DNA of 64,000 bases from a virus: the IMG/VR virus record IMGVR_UViG_3300027969_003844, positions 32,001 to 96,000 of that record. One strand, 5' to 3'. The position numbers were made by a program, and so were the translations under genes. Of the stretch, positions 37,562 to 47,841 are shown piece after piece (position 1 is the first letter of the stretch; each line of letters starts with the position of its first letter). The notes under the pieces are model-generated. The model did not search any database, had not been told where the DNA came from, and saw only the letters and a list, made by a program, of their open reading frames with translations.

Positions 37562-38907
37562 TATTGGCCTGTAATGAATGGTTTCATGTCTATATATTCA
37601 GGAAAGACCTCAAAGAAATCTTCTTTTCTATTTTTGTCAAGCCACAACTCGCGATTCCATCCACCTCGTATCCAATCGTCTGTTCTAGCAGGGACTTTTA
37701 ATAGATCTATTGCACTTCGATACCCACTTGCGGCACCGTCAAGAGATCTATTCCATTGTATATCAGACTCAGCATCTGACGTGACACGTTTAAAAGTTTC
37801 TAACCAGGCAATTTGCTCGTTGTACAGTGCAGTCAGATTGGCCTTGTGATTGTCGGGTAAGTTAGAAATACACCAGTGTTCTGGACCAAATAATAAGTTA
37901 ATAATAATATCACCAGGTTGAATATAACTAAGATTGACCCATTCCTTATGGAACTCTGCAATGTTATATGCTGTCATCATGCTTAAAGTTGCACCAATGA
38001 CAAATTTAACATGTGGCACTTCGGCTATCATTCGTTTTCTATTTTCAATGACCTGTTGCCATGACAAATTTTTACGTGCATATTCGCCTCGACCATAGCT
38101 GCCATCTAGGCTAGCAGAAACTGTTACTCTGCTAAACTTTTTCCAGTATTCAATTACATCAAACTTGGCATGAGTTAACTTGCTGAAATTTGTATTATAA
38201 AAAATATCAATATCTGTGTTTCCTAGGTCCAAGAAGTAATCTAAGATCTCATAATGCTGTGGCATGATTAGAGGCTCGCCGCCTGCAAAATAAATTCGAT
38301 GACAACTTCTCAAATTCTGTTTTAAACTTTCAACAGGCACGCCGGCCTTTCTAAATCTAGTTAAATTGTCATTGACTATAATTCCAGCATCAAGCATTGC
38401 TTGTTCTTCAGGAAACCAAGTCGAGCTATATTCTGGACCACAAGATCTGCATCTTAAATTGCAGGTGTTATCAAATCTTACATCTAGATAATTTATCTCA
38501 GGTTCGGCAACTGTATAATCTTCATTGACAGAGTTGCGAATATTATCATCAACTTTCCAAGTATTCATCCATCCCATCATTGCTTGACGCATACTATGAG
38601 TATTAACTGCTTCGCCTTTCCAGCAGTAGTTACATTGCGAATTTTTTACACCGTTCAATAAGTCTTTGCGTAGTTCTTTAAAAGACTCGCTGTTGTATGC
38701 ATTGACAATGCTTTCGTTTGTTGTACCTTCAATCCTGGACAATGATCTTCTAGTGGCTGATTTATGCACACAACATGCCGCTAAACTACCATCTGTGTGA
38801 ATGTAGTAAGAGTTAAATGGTGCTGGACAAAATGCACCATTGTTCTTGATCTTGTCCCATTCTGCATCTGTAAATTTTAATTTTTTAGTCATTGTCGTTG
38901 GTCTCAT
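37561..38907 (-). CDS. radical SAM enzyme (CxxPF type)
   Basis: FCPAPF..ACC..CNYCW; CNLRCRSC; AGGEPL. Confidence 0.92.
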   Translation of the reverse strand: MRPTTMTKKLKFTDAEWDKIKNNGAFCPAPFNSYYIHTDGSLAACCVHKSATRRSLSRIEGTTNESIVNAYNSESFKELRKDLLNGVKNSQCNYCWKGEAVNTHSMRQAMMGWMNTWKVDDNIRNSVNEDYTVAEPEINYLDVRFDNTCNLRCRSCGPEYSSTWFPEEQAMLDAGIIVNDNLTRFRKAGVPVESLKQNLRSCHRIYFAGGEPLIMPQHYEILDYFLDLGNTDIDIFYNTNFSKLTHAKFDVIEYWKKFSRVTVSASLDGSYGRGEYARKNLSWQQVIENRKRMIAEVPHVKFVIGATLSMMTAYNIAEFHKEWVNLSYIQPGDIIINLLFGPEHWCISNLPDNHKANLTALYNEQIAWLETFKRVTSDAESDIQWNRSLDGAASGYRSAIDLLKVPARTDDWIRGGWNRELWLDKNRKEDFFEVFPEYIDMKPFITGQ

Positions 38908-40114
38908 AACGTGGCAACAGTCCTCTGATATAGTCTAATATCTCTGGTGCAACAAAGTGTCTAGTTTTTTGTTCTCGTGACAAGTCAACCAAATAAAATT
39001 TATTATAAATTGTTATTAGTTCGTTGTTGCTTGGCAAACGGCTGTTCATATGATTAATCAGTCCCTTGATCACTTCCTTGTCAAGAGCACTTTTATTCCA
39101 CTTGTCTTCAATGAGGTCTTTGGCACCGTCGGGCAATGCCCATAGAGCCATGTGTGCCGGGCTATGAATCAAATTGTACCAAATTGCAAAGGTAGGAGTA
39201 TTGGTTTGTATCCATTCAACAAATTTAGGCAAGTCCCAGGCATTGATCCAACCAATGGTGTGACTAATAGAAATATTTGTGTTGTCTAACTCTCCATTGG
39301 CCTTCATTGCATTGTACTTGATTAGGTTTTCTTGTACTTCATCCCATTTACCAGGATAACGAAGATAATCATAGGTTCGACCAAGACCGTCAATGCTTAG
39401 GCCTAATCCAACTGATTTAAAATTGTCGTTTAGGAATTTAACACGCTCTCCAGAAAAGATTGTGGCATTTGAACTTAATGAAATATTAATTTCCTTACTA
39501 CGGCCACTGGCCACAAACTCATCCCATATATCATTCCATTGCTGAATATAAAATGGTTCGCCACCTACGATTTCTAAGTTTTGTACATGTTGCATCCACT
39601 CATGTCTATTTTTCCAAAGTAATCCATTCTTGTCACCGCTTTGACTAAATTTCATTTCGTAACCAGTGTTGCCGTAAATTTTCTTGTGTTCGGCTTGCCA
39701 TAGATTACTGTGACTTGGTGAACAACTACGACACTTTAGATTACAAGCATTGTTGATAATCATTTGATATTCATATGGCAGGCCCGGCTCAGCATCAAAG
39801 TCAACTATTGACTCATAGGTGTTATCTACATTTCTGGTATAAATCTGACGCTTGCTTTTGTGGCCATTGTTTTCGTCAATGATGCATGTTTCGCATGCCA
39901 GTGGCTTTTTGCCATCACGGAAATCCTGGCGTAACTTCTTCATGTAGTTACTGGAAAATATTTCCGTTACTGTATTAGTTTGAACATGCATGAACTCGCC
40001 ATTGTCATCCTTAATGTAGTCTTTGTAAAGACAGCAGGGACGAACTTTACCGTCAGGATCGTTACTAAATCCCGTCCAGGGCAGGCTACAAAGCCATTTT
40101 TTAGATTGAGTCAT
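38885..40114 (-). CDS. radical SAM enzyme (CxxPW type)
   Basis: LCSLPW..PCC..CETC; CNLKCRSC; VGGEPF. Confidence 0.92.
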   Translation of the reverse strand: MTQSKKWLCSLPWTGFSNDPDGKVRPCCLYKDYIKDDNGEFMHVQTNTVTEIFSSNYMKKLRQDFRDGKKPLACETCIIDENNGHKSKRQIYTRNVDNTYESIVDFDAEPGLPYEYQMIINNACNLKCRSCSPSHSNLWQAEHKKIYGNTGYEMKFSQSGDKNGLLWKNRHEWMQHVQNLEIVGGEPFYIQQWNDIWDEFVASGRSKEINISLSSNATIFSGERVKFLNDNFKSVGLGLSIDGLGRTYDYLRYPGKWDEVQENLIKYNAMKANGELDNTNISISHTIGWINAWDLPKFVEWIQTNTPTFAIWYNLIHSPAHMALWALPDGAKDLIEDKWNKSALDKEVIKGLINHMNSRLPSNNELITIYNKFYLVDLSREQKTRHFVAPEILDYIRGLLPRYETNDND

Positions 40115-41456
40115 ACCAGTTTATAAACCTTTGATCCAGTGATTCACGGAAATTCTTATTTCGTCTTTTGTCATATTGTGCCACGTATGATTTTAAATCT
40201 TGCAGGGCATCTTCTTCTCTTACATGCTGTTCCCATTTAACATTTGTTTCTGACATGTTAATAATTAGCCGTTCAACGTGGGCAATTTCTGTGTCGTGAC
40301 ATAAGCTTTTGTTTTCATTTAGCCATGCAGTAAATTCATTGACCAATTGCATTCTCAACTCAAGTGGAATAAGTTGAACACGCATAAATGCTGGTGAATG
40401 AACAAAGTTACAATTAAGCTCAACTCTTAACTGACCGTATTTAATCTTAAGGTCTTTGATCATATTTAGATAATCAATCATTGACCATACGCCAAGATTA
40501 TTAATGCTTGTGGTAAAGTTTAATCTATTAATAACATAGCTTGGACTTTCAAGAACTGTGATTACATTCTTCATCCATACATCGCCGTCAAACCCATCTC
40601 GAATGTATTCAGTTTGTAGCAATGAACTTTCAATACTAGTATGCAACACTGTTCTAAAATTGCTACCTACTGCATCAAGCAAACGCTGTAGCACATCTTC
40701 TTTGCAAACAAGATTGGTGTTAATAGAAAGGTCCTTGTTGAATTCGCCTTCTTTTAATCTATCCAGGAATCGCCAAAAGTTTGGACTCATTGTCGGCTCT
40801 CCGCCAGTGACTCGCAGCCACTTTAAGTCTTTTTCTAGCGTTGGCAACCAGTTGAAAAATGCTTCTACGTATGGATTTTCTCCCTGATCAATCATGTCGT
40901 CATCATTTGATGTTATGTAACGTCGATCAGTGATTAGTCCTTCATATGGTCCGTGATTCTTGATATCATTGGCCCATTTGGTGCTAAAAGCTGGACCACA
41001 GTATGCACATGCCAAATTGCAAATTCTATCAAACGCAATCTCTAGCATATAAGGATTGGTTGTCAATGGTTGGCCGCCAGTGGCCCATTGATGCAATTGC
41101 TTGCCTGGTACCGCCTGTGTTTTAATATAGCGATCACTAAGGCCGCCATCAGCTTCAATACTCCAGCAATAATTACAGCCACTGGGCTTTTCGCCGTCGA
41201 GCATGGCCTGACGTTCTCTCATTTTTTGCGGAGTGTTTTGTAGACTCGACGGATCGTTAGGATCTAATTCAATTTTATGAAATGGATTGTGATGGCAACT
41301 GGCTGTTGCACCTTGATACAACCAAATTGTACCTTCAAACCATTTAGCCCCACAAAAACTAGGGCTAATCTTGTCCATATGCTCTTCTTTAAAGATTTTA
41401 AATCGAGCAGTTTCTCCTGTTTGATGATTTGATAAGTCTGCCATATTAAAGTTCAA
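40101..41456 (-). CDS. radical SAM enzyme (CxAKW/SCHH type)
   Basis: FCGAKW..SCHH..CNYCW; CNLACAYC; TGGEPT. Confidence 0.92.
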   Translation of the reverse strand: MNFNMADLSNHQTGETARFKIFKEEHMDKISPSFCGAKWFEGTIWLYQGATASCHHNPFHKIELDPNDPSSLQNTPQKMRERQAMLDGEKPSGCNYCWSIEADGGLSDRYIKTQAVPGKQLHQWATGGQPLTTNPYMLEIAFDRICNLACAYCGPAFSTKWANDIKNHGPYEGLITDRRYITSNDDDMIDQGENPYVEAFFNWLPTLEKDLKWLRVTGGEPTMSPNFWRFLDRLKEGEFNKDLSINTNLVCKEDVLQRLLDAVGSNFRTVLHTSIESSLLQTEYIRDGFDGDVWMKNVITVLESPSYVINRLNFTTSINNLGVWSMIDYLNMIKDLKIKYGQLRVELNCNFVHSPAFMRVQLIPLELRMQLVNEFTAWLNENKSLCHDTEIAHVERLIINMSETNVKWEQHVREEDALQDLKSYVAQYDKRRNKNFRESLDQRFINWYDSI

Positions 41457-42840
41457 TCCCGTTGTACCAATCTGCTAGTCCCGGAAATGCCTCAGTGAAA
41501 TTCTTACCACGACGTTGATCATATTGCTGATAGAAACTCTTGAAATCCTTTTCAAGTTTTTCTCTTTCATATGCACCAGTGTGTGGAGTTTTAACAACAT
41601 CGAGATAATCAATAACTCGTTGTGTTTGATTAATTTCCATTTGATGTAATTTTATATCATCTCTATCTTTGTTGTTGTCAAGCCATAGTTGTAACCTGTC
41701 CTTGCGTACCTGACGCATTTCATCTGGTAACACTGTTAAACTTTGAAAACTAGGGAATCGTAAAAAGTTTAAAGTAAACACGCCAAAGTCTCTTCCGTAT
41801 TGTTTTTTAAATTCTACAACCCAATCTAAAAATTCAGGAAGACTTTCTAAGCAAAGTAAATTAATTGTACACATGATATGCAATGCTCTGAAACGTCCAC
41901 TGCTGGCAAGCTTATGCATATTCATTTTCCACTGCTCGTAATCAAGTCCATCCCGGATGTACTCAGCTTGTAAGCCAATGGATTCATTGCTGGTATAGAT
42001 TTGCAAATCATCAATGTACTGAGCTCGGTCAATTAGTCTATCAATTAATTCGTCTTTGCCGCCAAGGTTGCTATTAACTGCCAACCGCATATTGGGATTA
42101 CGAGTATTTTTAGGATCTGCAAACCAGTCCAATAAACGCCAGGTATGCGGACTCATCAATGGCTCGCCACCAGTGATACGAAGTTCGTACAGTGTACGAT
42201 GTAAATCACTTTCCCACCATTTAAAGAATGCTTCAATGTAAGGATTGCTTGGGTCATGGTCATATACACCAGCTGACTCATGCAAGTGATCAAAGTGTCC
42301 TCGACCATCTGTGTATAATTTTGTGTAAGGACCAAACTTCTTTAAATCATTTACCCAAGTTGTACTAAATGCTGGATTGCAATAAGAACATGCAAATTGA
42401 CATGTACGATCAAAAGCAATTTCTAATGTACGCAAGTCAACATCATTGTTATAGTCACCCTCCCATGCTTCTTTTAAAAGTTCTTCAGTGTAGATTTCAC
42501 TTTTATAAACTCGATCACTGATGTTGTCACGACCAATGTCTTCAACTTTCCAGCAGTACTCACATCCTGACGGACGCTCGCCATCTTGCATTTGTTTTCT
42601 CTCATTTTTCTTATGAGCTGTATTATGAATAGCCTTAGGATTGAATTTGATCTCTTTAAGATCTGCTTGGTGAGGCAATGGGTGATGACAGCTAGTGGTT
42701 TGGCCGCTGCCTAGCCAGATAGTAGAATTATACCACTTGGCCAGACATAAACTTTTACTATGACTATCTAGTAATTTTTTAACTCCATGGTCTGACGCTT
42801 GAATTTCTCTAATTGATAATGGTTGATTTTGTGTTGTCAT
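41446..42840 (-). CDS. radical SAM enzyme (CxAKW/SCHH type)
   Basis: LCLAKW..SCHH..CEYCW; CQFACSYC; TGGEPL. Confidence 0.92.
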   Translation of the reverse strand: MTTQNQPLSIREIQASDHGVKKLLDSHSKSLCLAKWYNSTIWLGSGQTTSCHHPLPHQADLKEIKFNPKAIHNTAHKKNERKQMQDGERPSGCEYCWKVEDIGRDNISDRVYKSEIYTEELLKEAWEGDYNNDVDLRTLEIAFDRTCQFACSYCNPAFSTTWVNDLKKFGPYTKLYTDGRGHFDHLHESAGVYDHDPSNPYIEAFFKWWESDLHRTLYELRITGGEPLMSPHTWRLLDWFADPKNTRNPNMRLAVNSNLGGKDELIDRLIDRAQYIDDLQIYTSNESIGLQAEYIRDGLDYEQWKMNMHKLASSGRFRALHIMCTINLLCLESLPEFLDWVVEFKKQYGRDFGVFTLNFLRFPSFQSLTVLPDEMRQVRKDRLQLWLDNNKDRDDIKLHQMEINQTQRVIDYLDVVKTPHTGAYEREKLEKDFKSFYQQYDQRRGKNFTEAFPGLADWYNGIEL

Positions 42841-44432
42841 TATTGTTTTCCTGAAATATATTTAGAACTTTGTTCACTTAAAATGTATAACTCTTCTAAC
42901 TCTGGAAATGTTTTTCTAAAGTCTGTGCCGCGTCGCTGATCGTGTTGCGTTACAAATGCAAAGAAATCTGCTCGCGCTAATTGTAGTTTATCTGTTGATA
43001 AAGGTTGTATTGCCCAATCGTACAAACGTTGTACTTTGTCAATTTCAAAGTCTTTAAATCCTTTGTATGGATTTTCTGAAGTTTCAATGTTTTCTTTCAT
43101 GAACTTGATTGACTCAAGTAACACATCAAAGTAATGTGACGGCAGTAATTTTAAACTTAGCCAAACAGGATCGTTTAGCATTGGAACATCAAACCATACC
43201 AATTGGCGAGTAGTATTAAATTCTTGACGCAAACGCAAGATATTTTTTACATATTCCATCCAACCAGGAATACTGAGTGCATTAAAAGTAACAATTAAAT
43301 TCAAGCTATGCTTTTTGCCCACTTGCAAATACGTTGATATGTTTTTATGAAGCATTTCAAAGTCTAAGCCAAACCTGCCGTATTCAGCCTGAGGTCCCCA
43401 AGAGTCTAAACTGCAATATAGCATAAAGTGATCAATTGCATTTTTTGTTTCTAGCTCGTTTAACGAAGTTAAAAATTTATCCCACTGATTGCCAGGTGGG
43501 CAACAATTCGACGTTATGCTAAGATGTAAGTCATCTCCCTTGGGATTTGCCGCAACATAATCAAATACCTTAAAGGTATTTTTATCCATCAGTGGCTCGC
43601 CACCAGTCATACGGAATGTTTGTAATGTTGGATAAATTGTTGGGAACCATTCCCAGAATGCTAGCAGATAAGGATTGTCTGGTCCATTGTTTGGAATCAT
43701 GTTTTCATTTTTCATCCAAACTGTGTCGTTATGCTTGCGGCCATTGCTTAATAGATAAGGACCGTATTTGTCAATTTCTTTATGCCATTCAGTGCTTAGA
43801 TGCGGACTACAATAAGAACATTTGAGATTGCAGGCCTGATTGAAATTTACTTCAACATATTTTGGCGTTGGATCTCCGTTGTACCCATCTTTTACTACTT
43901 CATTGAGTATACCAGGGCGCCAAACATCTTTACTACGATATGCACGATCACTGAGCATTTCACCGCTGTCTTCAATTTCCCAACAAAAATTACACTCGTC
44001 TGGTCTTACACCATTGAGCATTTTCTTGCGCTGTTCTTTTTTAAATTTGGTGTTATGAATAGCACCAGAGTCTGCTTGAATTTCTTCTAATGGAATCTTG
44101 TGTGCTGGAGGATGATAACAACTATGAGTCTTTCCAGTGGGAATGTGAATGCTTACATTGTACCATTTGGCAAGGCACATGCTGGGGCTAATCTCATTGA
44201 GAATCTTGAATACTTTCTTTGTATCTTCAAGGTAAACACTCTTGGCAACACCATTTGTAGTAATAGTGCCATCACCTTTTACTTGTTGCAGGTCACCGCG
44301 AAATTCTGCTTTTTCGTCGTCAGACATATAAGCATACAACTTAGGTTCAACCAACTTTGCAATTCGTTGCTTGGCTAGGTCTTCGTTGCTGTTGCCTAGT
44401 TGTTTTGTTTTTAATTTGTCAAAAATATTCAT
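42840..44432 (-). CDS. radical SAM enzyme (CxAKW/SCYH type)
   Basis: MCLAKW..SCYH..CNFCW; CNLKCSYC; TGGEPL. Confidence 0.92.
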   Translation of the reverse strand: MNIFDKLKTKQLGNSNEDLAKQRIAKLVEPKLYAYMSDDEKAEFRGDLQQVKGDGTITTNGVAKSVYLEDTKKVFKILNEISPSMCLAKWYNVSIHIPTGKTHSCYHPPAHKIPLEEIQADSGAIHNTKFKKEQRKKMLNGVRPDECNFCWEIEDSGEMLSDRAYRSKDVWRPGILNEVVKDGYNGDPTPKYVEVNFNQACNLKCSYCSPHLSTEWHKEIDKYGPYLLSNGRKHNDTVWMKNENMIPNNGPDNPYLLAFWEWFPTIYPTLQTFRMTGGEPLMDKNTFKVFDYVAANPKGDDLHLSITSNCCPPGNQWDKFLTSLNELETKNAIDHFMLYCSLDSWGPQAEYGRFGLDFEMLHKNISTYLQVGKKHSLNLIVTFNALSIPGWMEYVKNILRLRQEFNTTRQLVWFDVPMLNDPVWLSLKLLPSHYFDVLLESIKFMKENIETSENPYKGFKDFEIDKVQRLYDWAIQPLSTDKLQLARADFFAFVTQHDQRRGTDFRKTFPELEELYILSEQSSKYISGKQ

Positions 44433-44490
44433 TCGCGTTGGTTACCGTGCTAAAATTATAAAGGTACTTATCGAGTTAAATTTGAAAAGT

Positions 44491-45756
44491 TTACTCAGAT
44501 AAGTTTCTATTATACTCGAGTATGGTTTCCATGTCGCGTACTAATTTTGGAAGATTTTCCCTCCACGAAGTTTTTCTAACAGTGTCTTTTTTATCAAGTT
44601 GCCTCATCTGCATTTCAAGTTGAGGAACTATCACCCATTTATTATGATTAGGATGATTTTTAAGTGGGGCTAAAAATTCCTTAAAGGCTCTTCTTCTCTC
44701 TGCAATAGTAAAATGGTCAAAGAAGGGATTGGTAAAATTTTCACTTAAATCTTCTACTTCACGTATTGCTTCCTCTCGCATTGCAGGGGTTAGCACATCA
44801 GTTGAAAGACCTATTGGATAAATCATTGGACCAAAATTAATACGACATCCATTGTTACTGGTCATTCCATCTATCCAGTTTGAAATCTTTCCTATCATTC
44901 TGTAGTTTCCTAGTCCAACTGTTACTGTAAATTGCAATTGAATATGAGGACCTTTACGTTTTAATAATGTTTGTACATTTGATGCAAATTCCTTTGCATC
45001 AAGTCCGTAACGAAGTTGTTCTCCCCATTTGTCAAATCCATCAACACTGACTGACAGCACAATTGGACCGTTTATCTTATTCCACATATCTATTAGATCG
45101 TAGTGTTTATAAGTCAAATGACTGAAGTTGGTATTGTAAAATAATTCAATGCGTTGTTGGCTATCAATGAACATTTGTAAAAGTTCATAATGATGTTCTG
45201 CTATGGTTGGTTCACCACCTGCAAAGTAAATTTTTTCAATATCTCTATGAAACTCTTTTATTTCATTTAAAACTTTATCACCATCAACATTAATAATTGG
45301 GCTGTCAAGTTTTGTAACTTTAATGCGTTTATCTTCTACTGCATGAGCAGAGCTGTACTTTTCACCACAACCAATACAAGCAAAATTGCATTTGTTAGTA
45401 AATCTGTAGTCTAAATATAATTGTTTAAATTCTGCATGTCCAGATGGCTCAGGTTCTAGCAAAGATATAAATTTTTTCCAACGATTATTTTGATTTTGTC
45501 GCAGTGAGGTTCTGCCAGATGTTTCGAACCTGGTACATGCCGCGCACTCTTTTGGCAAGGAATCAGCAGTAAGCATCTGCTGTCTAATTTCATTGTATTT
45601 TGGACTATGAAAGATCTCCTTTAAGGTATTGTCTTTCAAATTACCCATTGGGGTAGGCGCAGTAAGGCAACAAAGATTTACACTGCTATCTGGATCAATT
45701 TCTGTGTGCATCCATGGTAGAACGCAAAATGCTTTTGGTAGATTATTATAATCCAT
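44491..45756 (-). CDS. radical SAM enzyme (CxxPW type)
   Basis: FCVLPW..LCC..CAAC; CNFACIGC; AGGEPT; ATG 45756 after AAGGA. Confidence 0.92.
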   Translation of the reverse strand: MDYNNLPKAFCVLPWMHTEIDPDSSVNLCCLTAPTPMGNLKDNTLKEIFHSPKYNEIRQQMLTADSLPKECAACTRFETSGRTSLRQNQNNRWKKFISLLEPEPSGHAEFKQLYLDYRFTNKCNFACIGCGEKYSSAHAVEDKRIKVTKLDSPIINVDGDKVLNEIKEFHRDIEKIYFAGGEPTIAEHHYELLQMFIDSQQRIELFYNTNFSHLTYKHYDLIDMWNKINGPIVLSVSVDGFDKWGEQLRYGLDAKEFASNVQTLLKRKGPHIQLQFTVTVGLGNYRMIGKISNWIDGMTSNNGCRINFGPMIYPIGLSTDVLTPAMREEAIREVEDLSENFTNPFFDHFTIAERRRAFKEFLAPLKNHPNHNKWVIVPQLEMQMRQLDKKDTVRKTSWRENLPKLVRDMETILEYNRNLSE

Positions 45757-45764
45757 GTTTATTC

Positions 45765-45797
45765 CTTTAGTCGAGGTATTTAGCACCTCGACTAAAG
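45765..45797 (-). promoter_or_regulatory. 13-bp hairpin overlapping the SD, with a late-promoter-like CTAAATA in its loop
   Basis: CTTTAGTCGAGGT-GCTAAAT-ACCTCGACTAAAG-GAATAAAC-ATG. Confidence 0.7.
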
Positions 45798-45803
45798 TAT
45801 TGA

Positions 45804-46322
45804 CTAAACAACCAAAGCGTTCTTGTGTTTTTCAATAGCTTCTGTTAATGCAAGTTCAACAAACTCATTGAACGTAATATCCATGTCATGTGCCAATTTC
45901 ATGTAAGTCAGTAATTCTGAATCTTCAAAATCTACCTGAAGAACTACTCGATCATCATATTCAACACCACGGGCAATTGCAGTGGCTTTTTCTACAAAAT
46001 CTTCTGCAACATCAATGTCGATAAAATTTATATCATCAAATGCAGTTTCCCAAGTAACACTACGAGTAACATGCTCTTGTTTGTACGCATCTAAAAACTC
46101 GGGATTCACCCATCGGTATACCCGATCATTGACATTGTCCCAAGCTTCCATTTCAAACACTGTTTGATCTACGGGACTAAAAACACAAGTGATATTATTC
46201 TTAGTACCATCGCTGTCCCAAGAATCCAAGGAACGTGCTTCACCAAAGCACGACCATACATACTCTGACCCTTCAGTGATTTTGTAATCAATGATTTTCA
46301 TGTAGTCTTTAATTGTTAACAT
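45804..46322 (-). CDS. hypothetical phage protein
   Basis: YKITEGSEYVWSCFG...; AGGAG RBS. Confidence 0.7.
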   Translation of the reverse strand: MLTIKDYMKIIDYKITEGSEYVWSCFGEARSLDSWDSDGTKNNITCVFSPVDQTVFEMEAWDNVNDRVYRWVNPEFLDAYKQEHVTRSVTWETAFDDINFIDIDVAEDFVEKATAIARGVEYDDRVVLQVDFEDSELLTYMKLAHDMDITFNEFVELALTEAIEKHKNALVV

Positions 46323-46692
46323 ATTGAATACTCCTAATAAAAATTGAAACCATAACAAGATAAGTTAAGCTATGTGCCAACTGATCTAACCCAAAATGCT
46401 TCCAGTACACTGGATTACTACTGTCTTTACATCCATATCGAACTTTGACCCAGTCAATATGATAATGCAATGCAAAATCTATTGTTGCCATTGCCAATGC
46501 AAACGTAAATCCTGATAAAAATGCAACACCAAAAATAATAAAAGTACACAATGAATGGAGACCACTGTGTTGTAGACCACCTATTGATCCATACACGCCC
46601 TTTTCGTTTAACATCCTTGGTGTCTGCCATACAAAATCGCATAACCAATGTTTGATAAACAGCAAAAGTAAGCTGGCTTCAAAAAGAAACAT
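46309..46692 (-). CDS. DUF3307-family membrane protein
   Basis: KHWLCDFVWQT, HSGLH, HYHIDWVK, GLDQLAH. Confidence 0.8.
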   Translation of the reverse strand: MFLFEASLLLLFIKHWLCDFVWQTPRMLNEKGVYGSIGGLQHSGLHSLCTFIIFGVAFLSGFTFALAMATIDFALHYHIDWVKVRYGCKDSSNPVYWKHFGLDQLAHSLTYLVMVSIFIRSIQYVNN

Positions 46693-46927
46693 TTTTTGAA
46701 TCCTTATCCTTATCAATTATTTCAATATGATCATATCGATGTTTTTCATTGGCAATAAGACTGTCAACTTCTAGCCAGTTAAAACAAAGTTCAGTGCGTG
46801 TTATTTGTAACTCTGCTCCTTCGTGCAGTCGCCGAAAAAACCTTACTTCAATTATATTAATACCACTTGCTTTCATCATAGTTCCAGTGTCTAGTATCAT
46901 ATATTGTAGCAGAAACTGTATATCCAA
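46679..46927 (-). CDS. hypothetical protein (start probably near 46879)
   Basis: ORF in operon. Confidence 0.45.
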   Translation of the reverse strand: MDIQFLLQYMILDTGTMMKASGINIIEVRFFRRLHEGAELQITRTELCFNWLEVDSLIANEKHRYDHIEIIDKDKDSKNVSF

Positions 46928-47135
46928 GTAAACCTATTTCTATTCCAAATCCAGCATGATCGCATTTGTAACTTGAATTTATTTGAAAACTTAAAAATTT
47001 GCGTGGATAGTACAGTAGTTCAACTTCAAACATTTTAAATTTTGTCCACAGTACTGCTTTTGCATAACAATAAAGATTTTTAAAGGTGTTATGTTTAGCA
47101 AATGGATTATAGATATCAAAACTTAGATTTAGCAT
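46857..47135 (-). CDS. hypothetical phage protein
   Basis: CDHAGF..EIGLLGY...IYDTRHW. Confidence 0.65.
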   Translation of the reverse strand: MLNLSFDIYNPFAKHNTFKNLYCYAKAVLWTKFKMFEVELLYYPRKFLSFQINSSYKCDHAGFGIEIGLLGYTVSATIYDTRHWNYDESKWY

Positions 47136-47137
47136 TG

Positions 47138-47383
47138 TTACTCCTCAATCTCAATTGCAAGCTGATGGATAAAAATTTGTTTACCAATTTCAAATAGTCC
47201 TACCCCACCATGAAAATCCACACAACTAACATGAATCTGAGTTTCATTGTCTTTGTCAATGGAGGCAGCAACCAATTCAACAATAGTGCCATCTTCGATT
47301 TGAGAACGTATGTTGTCAACAACTTCTAACAAGTCTTTCTTACGTTGCTCTGCTTTGTTTTTGTTCAGACTAACTACCTTCAT
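47138..47383 (-). CDS. hypothetical protein
   Basis: 81 aa, AAGGGG RBS. Confidence 0.65.
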   Translation of the reverse strand: MKVVSLNKNKAEQRKKDLLEVVDNIRSQIEDGTIVELVAASIDKDNETQIHVSCVDFHGGVGLFEIGKQIFIHQLAIEIEE

Positions 47384-47418
47384 GTAATCCCCTTATCTTG
47401 GTTAATGCGGTAACTTGA

Positions 47419-47832
47419 TTATCTTCTCATACTTGAGATTTCTTTTGCCTGCTCATCATTGATAACAGGAACTGCATTACTCTTATGCATGGTAGCAATA
47501 CCTTTAATTAAGGTTCCTGTGTACACTTTATTTGGCACCTTTAAACATGCACCACCTGTAAACGGCAAACTGTTAATTTTAGGAGTCTCTCGCCGATGGT
47601 CAGGTTCCGGCTTAAGATATTCTTTTACCGGCTTTCTATTCTTTTTAACCTTGCCATGAATATAATCAACATATTCATCGTAGCTGATAGGGTCTAGATT
47701 AATGCTCTTAAGAAATTTATTATGCGACCTGTGGTTTGTTTCCATTTCAGCTACCACCGCCTTGGTCATCTTAGTGGTACGCTTTTTATAACTGGTTGTG
47801 GTCAGGTATGGTCCTACTAAATGCATTGACAT
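47419..47832 (-). CDS. hypothetical phage protein
   Basis: YTGTLIKGIATMHKSNAVPV motif. Confidence 0.7.
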   Translation of the reverse strand: MSMHLVGPYLTTTSYKKRTTKMTKAVVAEMETNHRSHNKFLKSINLDPISYDEYVDYIHGKVKKNRKPVKEYLKPEPDHRRETPKINSLPFTGGACLKVPNKVYTGTLIKGIATMHKSNAVPVINDEQAKEISSMRR

Positions 47833-47841
47833 TATATGTCC

